Assembly: GCA_965112155.1 (NCBI GenBank)
Contig: OZ218107.1
DNA from: Podarcis liolepis
Lineage: Eukaryota
Length of the DNA: 64,000 nucleotides
Strand: one strand, 5' to 3'
Shown: positions 1 to 12,200 of the stretch, piece after piece
Numbering within the stretch: position 1 is the stretch's first letter
How the letters are laid out: each line of letters starts with the position of its first letter
Position numbers and translations under genes: made by a program
Notes under the pieces: model-generated
What the model saw: only the letters and a program-made list of their open reading frames with translations
Databases searched by the model: none
What the model was told of the DNA's origin: nothing

Positions 1-1034
1 ACTTAGGTTCTGAGAGTGAGGTACACGGAGGAAGAACCAAATCCCATGTTCGTACTATCGCTATGATGTAACTGTCAGTAAGGTGGAATGTACCACATGT
101 CACTGCATCCTATTTAACCTAAAAAATAATTGGTTGAGTCTTTTCCACTGTGAGTAAAAAAATACTCCTTGTCAATATGCTGTTATGCCAAGCATCAAGG
201 ATACAACATCTCAGTAGGGTCCAGAATCTTTTAATAAGTTATGAGATGCATTTTCTATTAGATATGTGCTATTCCCAGTGCTCTCAGCAGAAGCAAGGAA
301 GCATTGGAAACCTCACATTTTTGCTGACCTTCATTATTAGGACAAGTCTCCTTTGTATCTTTCTTGAAGAAAACTAGTAAATACATCTCATGTCATCTTC
401 TGTTCTTCCCATGATGCTTCCTTATCTTATTAAATGGTGAATGGTTTTTCCTGGATGAGGCTGTACAAAAGGAAGTATGGAAGACTACAAAAATGAGTCT
501 GGTCATCTATTTCACCACAAGGACTTGATAATATTGTATTAGTTTGAACTGGGGATACTTGAAGAATTTGATGTTTGTGAACTCCAATGCAAACTGATCA
601 GATCTGCTCCTTCGAGACTGATGTGCAGTTTAGTCTTATTGTCTGGATTTTCCTGTTACAAATAGCATGTCCATAAGATGATTGATATCTTTAAATTTTG
701 ACTACTCAAACATTGTTAACAAGCACAAAAACAATCTTAGCTTTTAAAAAATTTATTTAAAGGAATGGATCTAATAATTGAAATGCAATAGAATCTTAAA
801 AGTGTAGCTTTCCCATGGAGTCCCTCAGCTTCTGAATAGGGAAAAGTAACTAATTATAAAATTTCTTGGTCAGGTTTCAAACAGTTTTACTAATTTTTAC
901 TGACCTACTTTTGTTGTTCAGAAGAATAAGATAATCAAACATCTATTTTTTGACAAATGCAGGTCTTTTACCTCTGCTTCTTTTGTAGGGATGCCACTAA
1001 TGACTTTATGTGAAAATTGATGCCGGATCCTTTA

Positions 1035-3300
1035 TTTTTAATATTTTTAATATGGTATTGTTTTAATTATTGATATACAATATAGATACATCATAAACAG
1101 AATACAAAGCAAGAATCAAACATGACCTTTAATAAATTATTTACAATTCTGATCTTTAATTTAAAGCTGGCAGTCACATTAGCAAATAATTAAACAGCTT
1201 AATTCTCATACTCATACAGTTTTAAATCTATAACTAACATCTGGCAGAAAAACCTATTGTACAATGTGGAATAAAGACATTCCATCTAAACAAAAAACAG
1301 TCCTGTCAATTATTCTGTTCTCTTGACATAAGGAAATATGTTCTCTTAGCTATCAGGGTATCCTCCCGACATCTGTTATCCCATTCTGTAATAGATGGAA
1401 TGTTTCTAGACCTCCATTTCCTTTCATACAGAATTCTGGTTGCTGCTAGTAAATAAGAAACCATTTCCACATGCCCAAATTTTACTGATGCCTCCAGGTA
1501 ATTTTGCAAATAAACTGTTGGATGGAGTAGAACTCTGTGGCCCAGAATCCTGTTAAACTTATCTTTAACCATTCTTCTCCCCCCCACCCCGATTCACATT
1601 TCCAACATGGGACTCAGCTACATTAGTAAAAAAAAGCAAAAGCAAAAAAGCATTATAACACTGTGACACCAGATGGTGCTGTAGAGTTTGATCCTTCAGT
1701 GATGTGATTTTGCATTATGAGCTTTACAACACGTTTTCCTGAAATGGTTTTTCTTTATGTGTCTAGATCCAGCCACAGATTAAATAACTCTCCCTTCTCC
1801 TAGTGGCATTTCTAGCAAGGAGCTGGATAATTACCAATTTTTGTGTGTATTTTTACAGGGATAGTATATCATTGGGACATGATAATTTCTCCGATTCCCA
1901 TATTTTGGGATCTAAGGCTCACGATCCAAAGCTTTCCCCACACTTCCATCAGGATATTTTTGCTGATATTCTGTGCCTATTTGAGCACATGGTCTTTGAC
2001 CTGTTTTTTCTTTGTGTTGTATTTGAACTAGAATTAATGAACTTTTGCCAACACATATTTATTTGTCTTCAGATTCTGTCGCATCTCTTGTATAGCTAGG
2101 CCTTGGATTCTAAACAATTTATTCCCCCCACCTCTTAAACCTTCTCTGCATTCATATCATCTTATCCACAATTCATTCCAGAGGCGAGGGATTCAGGCTC
2201 AATAGCCTTTTATAATGGTCCCAGATTCTTAGTAAGTTAGATATTACTGTATTATCTTTAACCTTCTGTGATCTTACATTATGATGTCTGCATAGTAAAT
2301 TTTGCTGTAGGACATCAGTCAGTTTTTGTTCAAAAAGTAACATCCCATCATACGGACACACCATTCAGTATATCAACCAACTAAGGTCACTTGCAGCATA
2401 TATTAAATTTAAATACAGCACTTGAAGCCCTCCTCTTCCTCCCCTCATTGTATACCATTGCCTTTAACCTTGGCTTTTTATTATTCCATATAAACGTCAT
2501 TGTCATTTATTGCCATTTATTTATTTATTAGGGTTTTTTTGCAGATTTTTGCATTTACAGATGTTGGAAATAAAAACTAAAATTTTGATATTTACAACAG
2601 CAATCCTATATGAAAATTAAAAAAAAATGTGGGCTTTTGCCATTCTAGCAACAAATATACCATAATTATTCTTTACATAAGTGTTTGTAATTGTTGTTAT
2701 AAAGGTCCTGTATCTCACCTGATAATCTTATAATCAAGTATCTTGCTGATTTGGCTGTCCAATAGTAGATAGATATGATTTTCATGTATTTGCTTTTTGT
2801 GATCAGTAGATATAATTAAGCCTTTTATTTCTGTTTAGTCTATGTTCAGTCTGTATCCTGCCACTTTCCCGTATATTTGAATTTCAGTCTGTACTCCTTC
2901 AGCAAAACAGTGGGTTCTTTTACTGCAAGTACTATATCATCTGCATATAATTTAATTTTCCCCCTCTTTCTCCTTCATTTTAGCCCCAGGAATGTATTAT
3001 GTTAAATCTCAGTTCTGTTGCCAGAGGCTCAGTGGCTAACATGAAAAGAAGAGGAGAAAGCAGGCAGCCTTGCATAGTACCTTTGGATAACCTGAGCTTT
3101 TTTATTATTCTTTCTTTCTTTCTTTCTTTTTGACAGTGACCCATTTATACAGATTTTTTTCCTATAGTTGTCAGATCCTTTAATGAAGTGTGCACAGTCC
3201 ACAGCATTCAAGATTTAGGCTGCAAGCCACAAAAAAATGTAGATGCCACACTAAGGATTGCAAAAGTGCACTGTCCATGCTTAAGATGGAAAAGGGAACA
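1035..3300 (-). mobile_element. Decayed, 5'-truncated L1/Tx1-type LINE (ORF2 RT to C-terminus)
   Basis: Minus strand reads ILSMD (~3280), INGSLS, GTMQGCLLSPLLFMLATEPLA (~3085-3020), KLYADDIV (~2955-2932), YGKVAGYRLNID, CWKC (~1607-1596) and LLAATRILYERKW..IPSITEW, with stops and frameshifts. Boundaries approximate. Confidence 0.88.
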
Positions 3301-4261
3301 GGGATCGTATACGTTTAATAGTGATGTTTGTAGCAGGTGTGGTTTGTACCTGTGGAAATTCACTTTTCCACACGACTATTAAAGGTGCACAAGCCCTGCC
3401 TACTTTTTCATTGCATGGCCTAATTTTACTTCTCTTAGCTGCCACTGAGGATTGTGCCAAAACAGCGATTTGGAAGCTTTTGCTGAAAGGCAAGAGAGAA
3501 AATTTTACAATAAGAATGAATGAATGAATAGGGGGAAAAGCAAACAGCATGTGCTCTATCACCAGGTGACGCTGATCCTATGTCATTCTCAGCTAGACTT
3601 AGCACATGAATATTATGTATGGCTTTTTGAGCAACCCTGCAATAAATTAAGTATTGTGTTCTGAGTGGCTTTTGTCCAAAATAGCCCTGTCAAGAGGTAT
3701 CAAAAAAAATGGTTTGCAGGTGTTGAGGTAGCTCTTCATTTCCTCAAAGGACCTCATTTTTTTTGAAAGCCAGAGTGCAGTCTTCACCAGCTTGGTGCCC
3801 TACAGATGACCAGGGGTGATGGGAATTGCAGTCAGGTTGTCAAAGATTGCTATAGTGAGTCATGTCTCCCAAATCCAGTGGAAGCACAGGGATGCACTGA
3901 TCAACCCAGCTTTTGTGACTCATTACCATCAATGCTGTCCCAAAGCTTTCCACAGTTTATACTCTATAAGAATCTATTTTTTCCCTGGCTGAGATTAATT
4001 TTTCTGCTGGTATAACACAACGGCCACAAGAGTGTCCTGGGAAAACCCATTGCAGAATTCACCTCAGACATAAGCTGCAGTCTTATAACAGTTAATACCA
4101 TTTTTCTGACATTTCCCTAACTGCTAATTTTCACATTATTTTTGAGCTCTCACACAACATAAAAACCACTTCTAGAAATATATCAAAATATAGCATGAGC
4201 TTAGCACTCATTATTTGTTTCCAGAAAAAAAAAGACTGCGAATTACATGGAACTGACATGC

Positions 4262-4600
4262 AATCATCATCTGAGGCCCTTCTTCGTGTGCCTTGTCTGT
4301 AAGAGGTCCGGAGGGCGGCAACACACAAAAAAACAGCTTTTTCTGAGGTGGCCTCCAACCTATGGAATGCTCTCCCCAAGGAGGACCACCTGGCACCTTT
4401 GTTATATGTCTTTAGGTGCCAAGCAAAAACATTTCTCTTGTCCCAGGCCTTTAGGCAGTCTATGGCCTTATAAAGTGTGGGGTGGGTTGGAAGATTATTG
4501 CTTCTGTTTGTGTATATTTTTGTGTTTTTATGTTGGAAACCGCCTGTGATCCTCAGAGGAAGGGTGGTATAGAAATTTAAGAAATGATGAAATAATACAC
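4262..4600 (+). mobile_element. L2 LINE 3' fragment
   Basis: tggaatgctctcccc (WNALP) then 3' end ...ccgcctgtgatcctcagaggaagggtggtatagaaat; homologous to the 17575-18095 copy. Confidence 0.75.
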
Positions 4601-5886
4601 AAATAATAATTAGTGCTAAGATTGCACAATATTCCAGTATATTGATGGAAATGGCATTTATATAGCATGGAGGCTCGAATATAATGCAGATATTAACAGT
4701 TAGGGAAACATCAAGAAAACAGAAGAAACTGTTGTGTGACTGCAGCCATAGATTCACTGTGTTAGGCAATCTATCATTCTCTCAGTCCAACTCTTGCCCC
4801 ATGCCCAACATATAGCACGGGGGCAATGATACTGTTTTTGTTTATAGTGCTTTGGCATGGATCTTTGCAATAACATACATGATGTGCTTAACCACTTGAG
4901 ATGTATTTATTACTGTTTCAAGATACACAGATAATACAAGCACCTTCTCTCTAAGGTGTTGTGACAATTTTATATATGTAGTGATATTTTAAATTCATTT
5001 TGCTGCATCAATTGTATCAGGGAAGTGGAAAAGGACCTGCACCTCTCTGGGAGCCCCAGGTGCTGCACTTGACAGGCATTTCTCTATATCTTGGCACCTT
5101 CAGCTTTATTGTAAGTCAGTGAAGCTAATAAACATCACATTTTAACCACAAATGAACAAAATGAACCATCGAGGCATTGTTGAATGAGCCCACCCCTGCT
5201 TTTTAATACATTTTGCTGGGTACATTAGCAAATAGCAGCAGGAAGAAACAAGGGAACATTCATTGCCATAACATTTTCAAGCTTGCAGAAAATCAGGAGG
5301 AGGAAAATCTAACAATAAGAGCAGGCCTAGCTTGTGCTTAAGGAAACTTGCAGAGAATGAAACTGCTCTCAGAGCCTGAGGATGTGTTTTCGTCTGTTCT
5401 GTTCCATTTGCTTGAGACTGTGTCTCATTTTGACGTTGTTTCTTGGCCTGAGAGTCCTCGGCTTTTTTCCGTTTGCTTACTTGCTGTGTTTCACTAACAG
5501 GAGATGATTGTTTTCTCCTTTGGACTTTTGGAAGGGTGCATGCCTTATTTTGCTTGCATATTCAGTGTGCCCTGAAATTTTTATTTCTATTTTGTTTTTT
5601 TAGTGCTGGAGGTTTGCTTTCATTGAAACGTTAAACCAGCAAAATATACTATTAATACATCTTCTGTTGTAAGTTTCACTCAGCCTGCCAAGATCCAATT
5701 CCCCCACCGCAGATACTGGTTTGGTTAGCCCATAATCTTATTGGTAACCTGTTGTAGTTTCCCCCCTCGTCTTTTTACTGCCATTGTAAACCAAATGTGT
5801 TACCTGCCATCATCCAAATATTTATTTGCAGTAGACTGAAAAACCTGGTTTGTTTTTGTATTAGTGTAGCATTTCCTCTCTCCTCC

Positions 5887-6130
5887 CCAGTGTGGTCTTG
5901 TGGTTAAGAGCAGTAGACCTGTAATCTGGGGAACCGGGTTTGATTCCTCGCTCCTCCACATGCAGCTGCTGGGTGACCTTGGGCTACTCACACTTCTCTA
6001 AAGTCTCTCAGCCTCACTCACCCCACAGAGTGTTTGTTGTGGGGGAGGAAGGGAAAGGAGATTGTTAGCCGCTTTGAGACTCCTCCGGGTAGTGATAAAG
6101 CGGGATATCAAATCCAAACTCCTCCTCCTC
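5887..6130 (+). mobile_element. tRNA-derived SINE, Squam3-like, near full length
   Basis: A box-like tggtcttgtggttaa, B box-like ggtttgattcc, CORE-like gctgggtgaccttgggc, L2-like tail agccgctttgag...aaagcgggatatcaaat, (CTC)n end. Confidence 0.85.
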
Positions 6131-8019
6131 CCCACCCATTGGGACATCTTTTGGATGTAAAAAGTTGTTTCACTGCTTATATATCTAACTGATTACTGTG
6201 CTCTGTTGTAAAGGGCTTCCTGCAGGTAACATCTCATCAGGAGGTCTGTTGTGTTACAGGTAGGGCCTTACGTGTGGTGGCATCTATCCTTTGTAACTCC
6301 TCATTACATACCACCTCTGTTATATTTTTGGCACTTACTGGAGATTACCCTTTTCCAACAAGCCTTTTAAGTGCGCATTTTAATCCGTATTGCCCTTTAA
6401 ATTGCATGTTTTCATTGTCAAGGTTTTTATTGTTAAATCACTCTGGAACTTATGGAAAGCAATTTTTAAATGATAGAAACAAATAATTTCTCATCATTTT
6501 AAGGACTGCACTTTGTCTACTGTGCTTCTGTTCTTTGTAATTCTTTGGATTTTTATGGTATTTGCTACACTGCCTGATGGGCAGTGGTGGTTGTTACTAT
6601 ATTTACAGTGTGCTCATGTTACACTCACGTTTTGTGAACTCATCTGTGTGTTTGATGTCATTGATTATGAATGTAATGTATCTGTGCTGTTTGTTGTCCC
6701 CATGCCCAGATCGTATTTTCCCTGAGTCTGAAGGATTTCCAATCTGCCATCAGTAATGTTAGACACTAGTGTTCACTCTTGCATTGCCTCATAGTTTTGC
6801 TTGGATTTCAGTTTTCTGATTATATTCTAGAGCTGTGCCATCTTTCACAGAGTCAGGCTTTTTACAGGGTTTTAAATTTTAATACTCATGAATTTACTGT
6901 GCTCCGTAACATCTTCCGTTCTTATGCACCAAGGTATAGTTTAGTGATAGCCATATTCTTGTCAGCTTCACCTGTGAAACAGTTTATGATGGACATATTT
7001 CATATTCACTATAGATGATGACAATGTATCTTTTTATTATACTGTTTGTTAAGAAGGATCCTAGATGCTTCACAAAAAAATTAAATACAGGTATTCTTTC
7101 AGCATTGCTTACTCTTGACGTAGAGGAGTAAATCAGTGCTGCAAAATACAGCCCTGCGCAGTAATTTGGAATAGAAAGTGAGGGATACTACAGTACCCAA
7201 CAGCCACAAACAAAGAAGGAATTTCAAGTCAACAGCACATAATTAACTGAATTGCAGTTTTGCTTGCAACCCTGAATTATCATCGCCAGCTTTCGGAATA
7301 ACTATCAGAAGATTCTAAATGGCAATATGTAGCCAGCTTCTTTGCTTTGCACTACTTCTTTGCAACATCATTTGAATAAGTTTATTTTTTTCAGTTCAAT
7401 ATAGGCATGTTGGCTCAGGAGTTGTTGGGTCATATGGCTCAGCACCTGCCCAGTCCTGCACTGAGGAGCCTGGCTGGATTTTAGCTACTGGATCAAAATT
7501 TGCTTAGCTTATATGAGCTCTTTCCATGTCAGAGTTGTCTAGACACAACAGAATACGGTAGTTCCTGTTTTTCTGCCAGGAATGAAGTATATCAAGGCAC
7601 AGTTAATTATACTTGCCCCAAGACTCATCCCTGGTTACCTCAATACTCCACTGGGTGCCCTGATTCCTCTGGACACTATCCAAGCTGCTATTTTTCACCC
7701 ATAAAGTCTTCACAGTGCTTTGGGTCCTGCATAGTACCTTAGCGACAGCCTGTTTCTCGTGTTCTGGTACTACTAGTTCTGTCACCATTAGGGCAGCCAA
7801 GATCACTCTCTTCACTTCTCCATCTCTGCCCCCAGGGCCAAACTGGATGTGATGTTAATTGTGTGAATGCCATTAATGTGAACATCTTTAATAAATACAA
7901 CAACTGTGACAAAACTTCAGGATTGTGGAGTAGGAGTTTAACTCTTTTTCTACATGCTACAGGCCTGGTAAAAATCACCAATTTAAATCTGCTGTTTGTA
8001 TTTTAGGAGACGTTTGCAC

Positions 8020-8456
8020 CAGGGGCGGAGGAAGGAGGGTGCGGTGGGGGCGGACCATCCCAGGTGTCTTCGCTGAGGGGGGTGACATTTGGCGCGCCGC
8101 CCGCCTGCAACTCCCAAGCCTACTCCAAGCCACTCGGGGGAAGCAGGGAGCTGTTCCGCTTTGCCAGTGGCATTCCCCCCCTTCCCCCTTTCGTTTTGAC
8201 AGCTTGGGGGAGGCTTGGGAGTCGCGGGCGGGCAGCATGCTGAATGTCCGCTATTGGCAGCTTTCTCCGGCTCGCTCTGCCCCCAGCTGCAGGGTGCGCA
8301 CGCCGCTCCATGCACCTGAACGGGAATCCTGCACCTGGGAGGGTACCCTCCATGCCCCTCCCCCCTTGGGAGCTTGCCCCACCCCCTTGGGAGCACACTC
8401 CGTCCCCCTCGGGAGTTCGCCTGCCCTGGGCAGCACGTGCATATGCTCTGCCGCTG
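8020..8456. mobile_element. GC-rich non-autonomous hAT-like element
   Basis: Termini caggggcggag / ctctgccgctg; flanks gtttgcac / gttcccac (6/8 TSD); left arm shared with 59806-60095. Confidence 0.65.
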
Positions 8457-9137
8457 GTTCCCACTGGTGTCAACGAGGCTTCTCTTGAAATGCAAATAGC
8501 ATCTTAGGAAGGGGGTGGTGGTGGTTGTTGTCTGGACCACAGCAGGGAAAGAATGAGTTAAACTCTCCACCCTACAATCTCAAGGCTTTGAAGTGGTTGC
8601 TATTTACATAATAAAAAACATGCATGTTAGACATGCATTTTATGTCACATCTAGTTTGGCCTGCAATCTGCAGCATGAAGATGCTTAGAGACAGGTTTTC
8701 TCAAATGCTTCTGCTTCCCACATTAGTGCCAAAGCAGTTATGCAGGGTTGATAGCCCTGTGTTTTGCCTCATAAAATATAGTTCTGGCCACAAGGTGCTG
8801 GGGAGGTATGTTCATATATCCGAGTTAGCATCCACCCCACCTTATCTTCAGTCTGGATTTCATTTTTAGTGTTTGCAGCTTTTGATACAGGGATTCACTC
8901 ACTGCTTTGTTATGGGAGAGGACGGGGAGGAGAAAAATAGATGAAGAAAGATTAAAGTAGTCTACAAATATTTGATGGGAAACGTGCAAGAAAACAGGTT
9001 TATTTGGAATGATCCAAGAGGGCATTATCTTTGAATTGTGGGTTGGATGAAACAAAGCTACAGAAAATGCAGACTGAATATACTAACATCTTCTATAGTG
9101 GTGATACCTGTTCAGCTGTAGAACAACTTTCCAAGCC

Positions 9138-9316
9138 ATTGGTGGTGGTGGTCCATTGGGCCTGGAAGGGCAGAAGGCAGGGAGACCAACAGTAGGTGGA
9201 GCCTAAGCCAATAACTGTCAGCGCCTACTGCTAATTGGTTGTAAGTCGGGCAGCTAGGAGCTGGCTGTGATTGGTGGGGCAATACCCCATTTGCCCTAAT
9301 CAACCAACCTCTGCTG
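9138..9316. mobile_element. Non-autonomous DNA-transposon-like repeat, same family as 24886-25180
   Basis: Both copies share ...agggcagaag.cag.gag..caaca.t.ggtggag.c..agccaat.actgtcag and ccccatttgccctaat. Confidence 0.6.
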
Positions 9317-9949
9317 ATGGTTACCAAAATCTCACCCCCTGTGCTTGCTAGAGCACATCCCACAGTCTACAGGTCGACAAGACCCACATTCTAGATGCTG
9401 TTCACCTGACCCTCCCAAACCTTGAAGGGTCTTTTTCTAATTCAGAGTTAGTACACTTCTCCTTCAATAAGGAATGAACTGTCTCACATTAGATTCTGTT
9501 CAGAATGATAACCCTAGCTCACTTATTCTAGGCTAGTTAAACTAGGCTTTATCAGGGGTTATAGCCTGCAGTTTTAGAATTTTTTTTAATGAATAAAAAT
9601 TGGTGTTAGAGTACCAAGGGCATGTGTTCTGTACGTGGGAGACAATCTAAGTCCCCAATTTTGATGAAACATATATATCCTTAGTTCCCCGCTTTCGCTG
9701 CATTTACAGTGAGTGCTCTGTTTTCCCATGACTTGCAACAGATGTTTAAATGCAAAAGTGTTCATTTTTGATCTGTACATCTCAGTGGAGTTTGGGCCAG
9801 CAGAGATTTTATTCTGATAGTGTAACAATCCTCACTGAACATTTTAGTTTTCATAGCAAGTCACTTCTGTCCTTCTCTGATGCCTGTTTTGAAAAGCCCC
9901 TCTTCTCTTTTCAGTTAAATATGAGGCAGGATATAGTACATTAAGAGCA

Positions 9950-10080
9950 CATTTATAGCACCCACCCCAAGAATTTTGGGAACTGTTGTTGTTGAGGGTG
10001 CTGGGAAGTGCAGCTCTATGAGGGGGTAAACTACAGTTCCCATGGTGTGAGTGTGCTTTAAATGAATGGTGCGTATGCAG
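9950..10080. mobile_element. Palindromic MITE (Chompy/Harbinger-like), same family as 53138-53285
   Basis: Inverted gggaactgt...actacagttccc and shared gggtg.tgggaa...agctct.tgag.gg..aaacta core. Confidence 0.55.
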
Positions 10081-12165
10081 AGTGTTGGTGTATGACCTTT
10101 TTTTATTTTGGTAAGGCGGCTTGCAGATGGAGCTTGCAAAATGTTTAAATTCGTTGTGCCCATAAAACGTATCACTTTACTATTCAGTGCCTCTCTTTGA
10201 ATGCTGAGGCATATAGCTGTCCCCCAATGCTTGCTATCCATGCTCCACTTATATTGATGGAATTTTCCAGTGACTCCCCCGCCCTACAACAGAAAATAAA
10301 AATCAGAGGAAAGCAACTCATTGAAATACATTCTTAGAACACAGCTGACTTGGTCAACATCTGGATTTTGATAAAAGTATTTAAAATAACTCGAAGCATT
10401 TGAAATTGCTGCATGGTTACAAACTACTTCACGATAATTGCAGGCACACAACAATACAATTTAATTTCCAATAGGGTGCATCTTACAGATTCTCCCACTA
10501 AATGTTCCATAGATGTAAATAACTAGATTCTAGGGCAGATAAGAGAAATTTGTGTAAAAGCAAAATGCTTTTATTTATATCAGGAGAAAAAAGTGAAAGT
10601 ATAGTAGTTTTAGATGGTTGTTTTGGAAAGCTGCAGTGCAGTGGCAGGCTACACACCCGCTTGTGGACATTCTTCTATAAATTTCTCGCTTGCCATGCTG
10701 TCCCCATTCATTTTTCTTCCTGCCCACATTTTTGTCTAGTACTGCTTGCAGCCTCATGTGCTGTTTCTTCACATGGGTGGGCCAGGTAGAAGAAGCCTCC
10801 CTCCAGTCTGGATTTGGTCCTGTCACTTGATGACCTGTAATTACTGTAGCTTTAAACAAGTGATTTGGATTAAAGGTAGCAAATAATATGGGCTATAGGT
10901 TAATGGGAAAGAGCAGATTAGAAAGTTGTTGGAGTTACTCTCATAGAAAGTGCTTCTGTCCCAAAAGCAGATCTAAAAATAATGAATAAGCTTTTTCTCT
11001 GCATTAGTTTTTAAGTTTTCTTACAGTGCATTACCATTTTCATCCTGTAAAGCAGAGAGCTATTTCTAGGTGCCTTGCTTTCTTTTGTATGCCAGCTTGG
11101 GAAAATACAGTTGAGGTTCAGGCATCCACATTAAGCCTATATACCTATACTCTGTAATACCTATACTGTAATCAGATGCATCTGCTTCTTTGCAATATTC
11201 TGAGGTTCTTGTAAACGGGCACTGAAGAGACATTAGTTTGGTTTGCTGTTTGAAATCACCGGACCTGTATTATATATGAATTGGAACACAACTATCAGTC
11301 AGACTAAGCACTTCTCTGAATTTGGAAATTATGTTTAGATTAAAAAATATGAACACAAATGTTTATTAAATGTGGGAGGAATGCATAAAAATGTATATTT
11401 TAGGAGGAAATGCACTGAAAAGCACACAAAACCTAGTATTGGGGGTGCATATAAAGTGTGTACTATTTAAGAGAACAATTTTTGTGTATGTTTTTATTTA
11501 AAAAATACACAAGAATCAGGATGGAATGGTCCTAGGATTGAGCACAAGCCGAACTAACACAGAGCAGAAATAGGTTGATCTGCTATCTCTGCTTTACAGT
11601 TCCACACTGTTACCTGAATTAAGAGATTTTTTTTTAAAAAAAGCTATTTATTTATTTTTAGCCTGGCTTTCCAACAGTACTTGCCCAAGGTAGTTTCCAA
11701 AAAAAGTTAAGAGTAGAGTTATAATACATTGAACTGATCAAAATTTAGTTACTGGAAACAGGCATAAAGGGAAGCACAAATTCTAAGTATGTGCAAATGT
11801 AACAGTGCACAGAATTGTGACCTTTGACTTTTGAGGTCCTTCTGCAAGAGGTCAGAAGCCAAGCATCAGTTCATATGGAAAGGTACACTCGGGGTTGTAA
11901 TTAAAACGTGTATACCAAAATTGTGTGGCAAAAATGATTTCCAAGGAAATTCACTAGGGAGGACCTATCATACTATCACGTTCACAGTGTCTGATTAATA
12001 TTAGCACATTGTTATATAGTGACAAGTAGATCACCTTCTCTCTAGAGCTTTGCAAAGCACTATCTAAAAATGGCTTTTTGTATGTGCCAACTGATAGTCA
12101 TATAAGATCAAGCAATTAAACATGAAGTAGTGGAATGTTTAGGTTCAAAATATCCTGTTGTAGTT

Positions 12166-12200
12166 CACACACACACACACACACACACACACCACACACA
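12166..12200. repeat. (CA)n microsatellite
   Basis: Visible CA run. Confidence 0.95.

Noticed and set aside
3313-3384. snoRNA-like terminal stem with gtgatg
   Set aside because: No CTGA D box before the 3' arm; short AT-rich stem next to the L1 edge.
4131-4769. 212-aa minus-strand ORF
   Set aside because: Antisense read-through of an L2 3' fragment plus flanks; no domain recognised.
6225-6266. Recursive splice sites cag|gtaac and cag|gtagg
   Set aside because: Pyrimidine tracts are short or poor; unsupported without nascent RNA data.
7975-8570. Several overlapping 63-195 aa ORFs
   Set aside because: Stop-poor GC-rich transposon interior; ORFs on both strands with no protein signature.
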